From the NCBI GenBank assembly GCA_016432445.1, contig CP066689.1, forward strand, positions 210,001 through 242,000: DNA of 32,000 nt. Direction: 5' to 3'. A program made the position numbers and the translations under genes. The notes under the pieces were generated by a model that saw only the letters and a program-made list of their open reading frames with translations, searched no databases and was not told the origin of the DNA. This document shows positions 7,211-13,547 of the stretch, one piece after another. The stretch's first letter is position 1; each line of letters opens with the position of its first letter. This stretch comes from Candidatus Saccharimonadota bacterium (GTDB taxonomy: Bacteria; Patescibacteriota; Microgenomatia; UBA1406; GWC2-37-13).

Positions 7211-9409
7211 TTATTGATCTATTTGATAGATGGCTCCTTGTTTATTACTGCTCACGAAAATTTTATCAGCAATTAAGTTAAATTTACTTTCATTTAGTTT
7301 GGGATACTTATTTCTTTCAAGAGTGGAAACAACAACATACTTGATTTGATATTTATTTATTAAATTCATAGTTGTTGCGATATCACTAGATTCATAAATA
7401 TTAACAATGTCAGGGATTCTCTTACCGACAACATCAGACGAACCTCTCCACAGCCACTCATGAACCCACCAGCCGGCAACTGTAGGCAAACCTGTATAGG
7501 CTGAGATCCTGGCATAATCTGTGTAGGAATCACCTTGAGCTTCAAGAATAATTGGTTGATTAGTAATATTAGTATTTAAATAATCAATGATTTCTTTGTC
7601 TTCAGGATAGCTGTTTTTAATCCATGTGGAGCCGTCAAGCTGCGGTTTCTTTTTTAATGAGCCGTAATAGGAAGAGAAAGCAAAAAATGGGTAAATAATT
7701 ATAAAAAAAAATAAGAAAAAATAAATGCTTTTTATAATAAAATTAAAAAAGTATTTCATAAAAGTAAGCCGGTATAAAGCATAAACGGAGGCAATGCTCA
7801 TAATCGTAAAAGCTTGATAGCCTAGTTTAAACATTGTATTTGCTCTAAAGTGAGCCGGATAAATATCTTTAATATAAAAAAACTCGGCAATCGTAATCAA
7901 AAAAGTTCCAAAAGCAAAAAATAAAAGCATTAATAAATCAATTTTATTTAGATTAAGAAGAGAGTGGATTTTTAAGCCTTTTCTTTCAAAATATTTTATG
8001 CTTCTTACGGCAATAATAAATGTCAAAATAGCCAGTGAAATCCAAAAAAATCCCCAGAGTACAAAAAGCATCCATGGGGCAGATACTTGGCAGTTACCTT
8101 TTTCAAAAAGAAAAGGACCCAATTTTTTAAGATTAACAAGGAAATCAGGACTGCAATTGACACCGATGCCGTTTACAAATGGAGAAAAGTTAAGAGAAAA
8201 AGGAAAAGAAAAAATAAGGAAAGAACTAAATAATATTATGCCATAAAACAATGACTGAAAAGATAACCTAAACATAATAAAAATAATAAAAACAGTAAGC
8301 AAAAGATAAATTGGGCCATCAAAAGCATTAGTCATATAATGAATGGCCGACATGAAGCCGATTGCAATAATATAAAAAAGGTTATGGGTTATGGGTGATG
8401 GGTTGTGAGTATTTTTAACTTTAAGAAAAAAACTAAAAAGCAAAGCTAAGGTTAATAAAACAAAAGGGATATCAAAAACATGGCCGTGGAGATCAGCTAC
8501 GACATAAGAATAGGCTGGAAATTCATGAATAGTAAATGGAATAAATCTGGTGGCGTTAGGATACCAGTACTTTGTTGGGTTATAGTTACTGATAATTTTC
8601 CAGAAAGGAATAGGATTTTCATTGGGATAACCGGTAGTGAAAAGATATATGGTATGTAAATTGCCGCTTAAGTTAACAACAAAACTTCCTAAAAAACCAA
8701 AAGCAATTAAAGGCAACTTTTTAATTTTATTAAATCCTAAAACATGTTGTTGAACAAAGGCTATACAGTTGCCAGCCAGTGAAAAAGCAAGAGTCATCCC
8801 TTGAGCAAATATAGTGGCTAGGATTAAATTGTAGGCTACAGTAGGCAATGTATTGGTTAATTTTATTAAAAAGGCTCCAGTTAAATGACCAAAGTAATAA
8901 TAGTTAATAAAATATCCTTGAGGTTTTTGAGGATCAGCCGATAACCACATATCCAAAGGAGGGAAATACTGAGATTTCACAATAGAGTTAATAAACCCAA
9001 AATCCATAAATTTCTCCAAACCCCGCACTGAAGGTTCTTGGCCGCGCACGTAAGTCAAAAACAGCAATGAAGCTATAAAAATAAGTTCTTCTAATATAAA
9101 AATGCCGATTTTTTCTTTATTAAACACATAAGATTTTTTAATCCATAAATAAACATTTACTACTGCAAATAATAGTAAAACCGTAATTAAAGTAAGCTGG
9201 GTAAAAGGAGCAATTTTGGTAAGGCCAAGGATAAATGCTGTGTAGCTTAAAAAAATAATTCCTAAAGTTTTGCTAAAGGCATAGCCCTCATCAAAAAAAT
9301 TAGGAAGGATGCTTCTTATCAGCGGAAAAAAAACTATTCCAATAACAAAAAGATATAAATACCATGTAAGTGTGGTTAAGATCCAGTCCATTTGTTTATT
9401 ATAATGCAT
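7211..9409 (-). CDS. Large polytopic membrane protein with YYY motif (DUF2298 / Chlor_Arch_YYY-like, putative GT-C-type glycosyltransferase)
   Basis: Many TM segments, the FINYYYFGH motif and a C-terminal soluble domain. The true start may be the second Met at 9391, because TATAAT (9398-9403, minus strand) lies 6 nt upstream of it. Confidence 0.65.
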   Translation of the reverse strand: MHYNKQMDWILTTLTWYLYLFVIGIVFFPLIRSILPNFFDEGYAFSKTLGIIFLSYTAFILGLTKIAPFTQLTLITVLLLFAVVNVYLWIKKSYVFNKEKIGIFILEELIFIASLLFLTYVRGQEPSVRGLEKFMDFGFINSIVKSQYFPPLDMWLSADPQKPQGYFINYYYFGHLTGAFLIKLTNTLPTVAYNLILATIFAQGMTLAFSLAGNCIAFVQQHVLGFNKIKKLPLIAFGFLGSFVVNLSGNLHTIYLFTTGYPNENPIPFWKIISNYNPTKYWYPNATRFIPFTIHEFPAYSYVVADLHGHVFDIPFVLLTLALLFSFFLKVKNTHNPSPITHNLFYIIAIGFMSAIHYMTNAFDGPIYLLLTVFIIFIMFRLSFQSLFYGIILFSSFLIFSFPFSLNFSPFVNGIGVNCSPDFLVNLKKLGPFLFEKGNCQVSAPWMLFVLWGFFWISLAILTFIIAVRSIKYFERKGLKIHSLLNLNKIDLLMLLFFAFGTFLITIAEFFYIKDIYPAHFRANTMFKLGYQAFTIMSIASVYALYRLTFMKYFFNFIIKSIYFFLFFFIIIYPFFAFSSYYGSLKKKPQLDGSTWIKNSYPEDKEIIDYLNTNITNQPIILEAQGDSYTDYARISAYTGLPTVAGWWVHEWLWRGSSDVVGKRIPDIVNIYESSDIATTMNLINKYQIKYVVVSTLERNKYPKLNESKFNLIADKIFVSSNKQGAIYQIDQ
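8381..8408. repeat. Tandem heptamers embedded in coding sequence
   Basis: GTTATGG GTTATGG GTGATGG GTTGTGA on the plus strand. Encodes THNPSPITHN in the minus-strand membrane protein. Confidence 0.7.
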
Positions 9410-9413
9410 TCGA

Positions 9414-9485
9414 TTTTAGATCTTTGATCTTGGATCTTAGATAATAAAATTCTAAGATCTAACATCTAAGACCTAAGATCTAAAG
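9414..9485. repeat. Heptamer-register inverted array (unit TCTAAGA family) between divergent gene starts
   Basis: TTTTAGA TCTTTGA TCTTGGA TCTTAGA, 9-nt spacer, TCTAAGA TCTAACA TCTAAGA CCTAAGA TCTAAAG. Confidence 0.8.
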
Positions 9486-9490
9486 GTGGG

Positions 9491-9519
9491 TTGCTTTTTT
9501 GAGCTGTTTCTGATATAAA
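9491..9519 (+). promoter_or_regulatory. valS promoter candidate (leaderless geometry)
   Basis: TTGCTT, 17-nt spacer containing the TG extension (9511-9512), then TATAAA (9514-9519). The ATG at 9527 is 7 nt downstream. Confidence 0.5.
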
Positions 9520-9526
9520 AAAGGTC

Positions 9527-11713
9527 ATGGAACCGAAGTTTATTCCGTCTCAAGTAGAAGAAAAAATATATAAGTTTTGGGAAGAAAAAGGCTATTTTAA
9601 AGCAAAAGTTGATAAAAACAAAAAGCCGTTCTCAATAATTCTTCCTCCTCCTAATGCTAATGCCGATCTTCATTTAGGACAGACAATGTATGTTTATGAA
9701 GATATTATGGTTCGTTATCACAAACTTTTGGGAGATGAGGTGTTATGGCTTCCTGGAGCAGATCATGCTGGTTTTGAAACGCAGTACGTTTTTGAAAAAC
9801 ATCTTCAAAAGCAAGGGAAAAGCCGTTTTGATTATGACAGGGACACTCTTTATAAAATGATCTGGGATTTTGTCATAAACAATAAAAGCAACATGGAAAA
9901 CCAACTTAAACGTTTAGGTTTTGCTCTTGATTGGTCAAAAGAAAAATTTACTCTGGACCCGGATATCGTCAAAATTGTTTATAAAACATTTAAAAAACTT
10001 TATGATGATGGGTTAGTTTATCGCTCAGAAAGGTTAGTTAACTACTGTACTAAATGTGGAACTGGATTTTCTGATCTGGAAGTAGTTCATGTTGAACGTA
10101 CCGATCCACTTTACTATATGAAGTATGGGTCATTTATTTTAGCTACAGTTCGGCCTGAAACCAAGTTTGGGGATACGGCTGTTGCTGTAAATCCAAAAGA
10201 TAAACGATATAAAAAATGGGTGGGTCAAGAGATTGAGGTAGAAGGGCTTATCGGAAAATTCCGCGTGAAAGTCATTGCTGATGAGGCTATTGATCCAAAG
10301 TTTGGGACAGGAGTTGCCAAGGTGACTCCGGCTCACGACATGACGGATTTTGAAATAGGTAAACGTCACGATTTGGAAATGAAACAGGTTATTGGATTTG
10401 ATGGAAAGCTTACTGCCATAGCCGGTCCATATGCTGGACTTAGAGTAAAAGCTGCCCGAGAGAAGGTAGTTGAAGATATGAAAAAAAAAGGCCTGATTGA
10501 TCATATTGATGAAAATTATACTCATACCGTTAGTACTTGCTATAAATGTAATACTACATTAGAACCATTGCCTATTCCTCAATGGTATGTGCGAATTCGT
10601 CCTTTAGCCGATAGAGCCATTAAAGAGATAAAAGCTAAAAAAATTTATTTTTTGCCAAAACGCTTTAAAAAAATGGCTATTCAATGGTTGACTAATTTCC
10701 ATGATTGGAATATTTCCCGTCAGGTTGTTTGGGGAATAAGAATTCCGGCGTGGCACTGCATAGATTGTGATCATGGCGGCATTCAAGAGTGGGTGATCAC
10801 CGATGGAGATAAACCAGAAAAATGCACTAAATGCCAAAGTACTCACTTGGAACAGGATATTGATACTTTTGATACTTGGTTTTCATCAGCCCAGTGGCCA
10901 TATGCCACTTTGCTTTCGCAAAGTGGAATTTCAAATTTCAAATTTCAAATTTCAAAAGAAAATTCAGAAAATGATTTTTTTAATTATTTTTATCCTACAT
11001 CTGTAATGGAGACAGGCTATGATATTTTACCTTGGTGGGTAGCCAGAATGATCATGATGGGTTATTACGTTATAGATAAGCCTCCTTTTAGGTTAGTTTT
11101 CCTTCATGGACTGGTACGGGATAAAAAAGGGCAAAAAATGAGCAAATCCAAAGGAAATGTAATCAATCCTATTGACATGGTTGACAAATATGGCGCCGAT
11201 GCCTTAAGAATGTCTCTTCTTTTTGGAGCAAAAGAGGGTAATGATATTTCAATGTCCGAGGAGAAAATTGTAGGTATGAGAAATTTTACCAACAAGATTT
11301 GGAATATCGGAAGGTTTATCCACTTGAATCAAATCCCAAATCCAAATGTCAAATTTCAAATGTCAAATACAATTTTGAAGGAATTGAAAAAAGAGTTTGA
11401 GGAGGAAAAGAAAGCTTATCTTAAAAATATGAAAAATTACCAATTTACTAAAGCTCTTGATTTAGTGTATGATTTTTTGTGGCACAGATTTGCTGATTAT
11501 TATATAGAACAATTGAAAGATGATCTAAGAACTGGTAAAATAGATGTTTTGGAAGTATTAAGATCTGTTTATAAAGAGAATTTAATAATGCTTCATCCTT
11601 TTGCTCCGTTTGTAACCGAAGCAGTTTGGAAGGTATTTGAAGGGGAAGAGAAATCAATATTAGATTCAAGATTCATGATTCAGGATTCAAGAGGTTTTAT
11701 TCATGAATCGTAA
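9527..11713 (+). CDS. valS: Valyl-tRNA synthetase (short form, no C-terminal coiled coil)
   Basis: Class I signature PPPNANADLHLGQ (HIGH-like), KMSKSKGN, the DTWFSS..YPTS..WWVARM core and a CP1/editing-sized insert. The N-terminus FIPSQVEEKIYKFWEEKGYF is typical of ValRS. Confidence 0.85.
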   Translation: MEPKFIPSQVEEKIYKFWEEKGYFKAKVDKNKKPFSIILPPPNANADLHLGQTMYVYEDIMVRYHKLLGDEVLWLPGADHAGFETQYVFEKHLQKQGKSRFDYDRDTLYKMIWDFVINNKSNMENQLKRLGFALDWSKEKFTLDPDIVKIVYKTFKKLYDDGLVYRSERLVNYCTKCGTGFSDLEVVHVERTDPLYYMKYGSFILATVRPETKFGDTAVAVNPKDKRYKKWVGQEIEVEGLIGKFRVKVIADEAIDPKFGTGVAKVTPAHDMTDFEIGKRHDLEMKQVIGFDGKLTAIAGPYAGLRVKAAREKVVEDMKKKGLIDHIDENYTHTVSTCYKCNTTLEPLPIPQWYVRIRPLADRAIKEIKAKKIYFLPKRFKKMAIQWLTNFHDWNISRQVVWGIRIPAWHCIDCDHGGIQEWVITDGDKPEKCTKCQSTHLEQDIDTFDTWFSSAQWPYATLLSQSGISNFKFQISKENSENDFFNYFYPTSVMETGYDILPWWVARMIMMGYYVIDKPPFRLVFLHGLVRDKKGQKMSKSKGNVINPIDMVDKYGADALRMSLLFGAKEGNDISMSEEKIVGMRNFTNKIWNIGRFIHLNQIPNPNVKFQMSNTILKELKKEFEEEKKAYLKNMKNYQFTKALDLVYDFLWHRFADYYIEQLKDDLRTGKIDVLEVLRSVYKENLIMLHPFAPFVTEAVWKVFEGEEKSILDSRFMIQDSRGFIHES
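10927..10954. repeat. (AATTTCA)x4 perfect tandem heptamer array inside valS
   Basis: Four exact copies read from the sequence. Translated as ISNFKFQISK in a loop longer than I recall for E. coli ValRS. Confidence 0.85.
11331..11365. repeat. Heptamer array inside valS matching the left arm of the AAATCCA-family hairpins
   Basis: AAATCCC AAATCCA AATGTCA AATTTCA AATGTCA. Encodes IPNPNVKFQMSN. Confidence 0.8.
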
Positions 11714-11726
11714 ATCATGAATCAAA
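11663..11726. repeat. Heptamer-register inverted array (unit GATTCAN) overlapping the valS stop
   Basis: GATTCAA GATTCAT GATTCAG GATTCAA, spacer, then TTCATGAATCGTAAATCATGAATC. An 11-bp perfect stem forms between GATTCATGATT and AATCATGAATC. Confidence 0.8.
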
Positions 11727-11749
11727 TTAATTAATTTCATAATTTATCT

Positions 11750-11884
11750 ATGAAACGTACTTATCAGCCAAAAAAGGGAAAAAGAATGAAAAAACATGGG
11801 TTTTTGAAAAGAATGAAAACTCATGATGGAAGAAATGTTATAAAAAGAAGAAGAAATAAAGGGAGAAAAAAATTAACAGTATAA
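11750..11884 (+). CDS. rpmH: 50S ribosomal protein L34
   Basis: Hand translation: [44 protein letters not shown], which matches the L34 family pattern. It is absent from the ORF track because it is under 60 aa. CATAAT (11738-11743) lies 6 nt upstream of the ATG. Confidence 0.9.
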   Translation: MKRTYQPKKGKRMKKHGFLKRMKTHDGRNVIKRRRNKGRKKLTV

Positions 11885-11896
11885 AATAAACTTATT

Positions 11897-12685
11897 ATGA
11901 ATCCACTTGAACTAATTGGACGTTATATTTATGACCCATTTTTTTTCCATCCATTCATAAATCTTTTAGTAGCTTTTACTAAACTATTTTTAATAGTTAA
12001 AATACCATGGGCTTTTGGTTTTGCTATTGTTGCTTTAACTGCTTTAATCCGTCTTATTCTTCATCCTTTTTTTGATAAGCAGATACAAACAAGTAAAAAA
12101 ATGCATGATTTAAAACCCCATCTTGATGTTTTGTCCCAAAAACACAAAAAAGATCCTAAAAAGCTTCAGGCTGAACAGATGCGACTCTATAAAGAAGCAG
12201 GCATTAATCCAGCATCAGGATGTCTATTTGTTATTATCCAAATGCCTATTTTTATAGCTTTGTATCAAACATTGTCCCTTTTCTTGACGACAGGGAATAT
12301 TGAAAAAATAAATAAAGTTTTATATTTCCCTTTCTTAAAAATTCAGGCGCTTGATCCATCATTTTTTGTATTTAACTTAGGTGTAACACCAGCTCAATCA
12401 GGTCCTTGGTATTACTACCTTGTTCCTTTAATAACGGCTGTTCTTCAATATTATCAAACTGTAGTGACTATGCCTGCGCCCGCCAAGGTTGAAAACAAAG
12501 AAGGTGAAAAGAAAGTAGAAAATAAAGGTGGAGATTTCCAGCAGGCAATGCAAACTCAGATGAAGTATATTTTCCCGCTTATGATCGGATGGTTTTCTTA
12601 TACTTTGCCAGTGGGATTATCCTTATATTGGAACATCTTCTCCATCTTTAGTATAATTCAGTATAAGAGGGTTTATAAGAAATAA
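11897..12685 (+). CDS. yidC: Membrane protein insertase YidC/Oxa1 (short type)
   Basis: LTALIRLILHPF..QMRLYKEAGINPASGCL..IQMPIFIALY..LSLYW. Conserved position after rpmH. Confidence 0.85.
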   Translation: MNPLELIGRYIYDPFFFHPFINLLVAFTKLFLIVKIPWAFGFAIVALTALIRLILHPFFDKQIQTSKKMHDLKPHLDVLSQKHKKDPKKLQAEQMRLYKEAGINPASGCLFVIIQMPIFIALYQTLSLFLTTGNIEKINKVLYFPFLKIQALDPSFFVFNLGVTPAQSGPWYYYLVPLITAVLQYYQTVVTMPAPAKVENKEGEKKVENKGGDFQQAMQTQMKYIFPLMIGWFSYTLPVGLSLYWNIFSIFSIIQYKRVYKK

Positions 12686-12753
12686 ATCCAAAATCCAAAT
12701 TTCAAATTTCAAAACATTCATCATTTGACATTTGAGCTTTGATATTTGGATTT
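12684..12753. repeat. Heptamer-register inverted array (AAATCCA family), exactly ten 7-mers in one register
   Basis: AAATCCA AAATCCA AATTTCA AATTTCA AAACATT CATCATT TGACATT TGAGCTT TGATATT TGGATTT. Confidence 0.85.
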
Positions 12754-12773
12754 ATTAGTTAATAAATAATTTT

Positions 12774-13265
12774 ATGGATAAAGCACAAACAATTAAAAAA
12801 GAAGCTGAGGAGCTTTTGGGAAAAATGATTGATAATTTTGAGGTTGAGATTGAGGAAGACAATGGAGTTTATCAGGTGATTATCAAAACTGAAGAAAACG
12901 CTCCAACTGTGATTGGCAGACATGGAGAGACTATAAGAGCAATTCAAAAGATACTTGAGGTTGTTTTATACAAAACACTGGGTGAATCAGTACCTCTTCT
13001 TGTGAATGTTAACGATTATCGTGAAAAGCAAAATCAAAGATTAGAGAGTCTGGCTGCTCAGATGGCTGAAAAAACGCAAAGTGCAAAAAGAGCGACACAA
13101 ATGCGCGGTCTTTCCTCTTATGAACGGAAAGTTATTCATGAGTATATAACCACAAATTACCCGAATTTGACTACTTACTCAGTCGGCGAGGGAAGGGATA
13201 GATATTTAGTTGTCGATATGAAAGGTAATGAACCTAAACAAAATGAAAACGGTATGGAAGAATAA
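12774..13265 (+). CDS. khpB: Jag/KhpB-like RNA-binding protein (KH + R3H domains)
   Basis: GRHGETIRAIQ (KH GxxG) and LSSYERKVIHEYI (R3H). Conserved position after yidC. Confidence 0.75.
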   Translation: MDKAQTIKKEAEELLGKMIDNFEVEIEEDNGVYQVIIKTEENAPTVIGRHGETIRAIQKILEVVLYKTLGESVPLLVNVNDYREKQNQRLESLAAQMAEKTQSAKRATQMRGLSSYERKVIHEYITTNYPNLTTYSVGEGRDRYLVVDMKGNEPKQNENGMEE

Positions 13266-13437
13266 GCTAATTTTTTTAATTCTTCTTTATCCGGCAGTGA
13301 TTTTGTTTGATCTATTTTATTATTTCCTTTACCGTTCTTCCTGTTTGCAATGCACTAATATCGGTGAATTTTTAAAAAACTCTTCTCTCTCGGTATTTCT
13401 CATCTCTCAAGCCATAAGAACATTTAAAAGATCTTAG
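13228..13437 (+). CDS. Doubtful small hydrophobic ORF
   Basis: 69-aa ORF that overlaps the jag 3' end by 38 nt. One hydrophobic stretch. Its stop lies inside the heptamer repeat. No other support. Confidence 0.15.
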   Translation: MNLNKMKTVWKNKLIFLILLYPAVILFDLFYYFLYRSSCLQCTNIGEFLKNSSLSVFLISQAIRTFKRS

Positions 13438-13511
13438 ATCTGAGATCTTAGATTTTCGATATTAATCTGTTTTGTTTCTAAGATCCAAGATCTAACATCT
13501 AAGATCTAAAT
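13428..13511. repeat. Heptamer-register inverted array (TCTAAGA family), twelve 7-mers in one register
   Basis: AAGATCT TAGATCT GAGATCT TAGATTT TCGATAT TAATCTG TTTTGTT TCTAAGA TCCAAGA TCTAACA TCTAAGA TCTAAAT. Shares the exact 18-mer AAGATCTAACATCTAAGA with 9414-9485. Confidence 0.85.
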
Positions 13512-13532
13512 CTGGCATTTACTTCCTAAAAA

Positions 13533-13541
13533 TGGTAGAAT
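13533..13541 (+). promoter_or_regulatory. Extended -10 (TGgTAGAAT) 6 nt upstream of the ATG at 13548
   Basis: TGGTAGAAT-aaattc-ATG. No SD. Confidence 0.5.
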
Positions 13542-13547
13542 AAATTC

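Noticed and set aside
7998-8246. 82-aa plus-strand ORF
   Set aside because: It is antisense inside the 732-aa membrane-protein gene, so it is a shadow ORF.
10139-11669. Five short ORFs (10139-10525, 10604-10846, 10803-11006, 11104-11295, 11448-11669) overlapping valS
   Set aside because: All lie within or antisense to the ValRS reading frame, which has clear class I synthetase motifs throughout. None has motifs of its own.
4402-13511. Possibility that the periodic repeats are a CRISPR array or degenerate CRISPR
   Set aside because: The units are 7 nt and directly abutting with no spacers. The arrays are only 28-84 nt long and inverted, and no cas genes are present.
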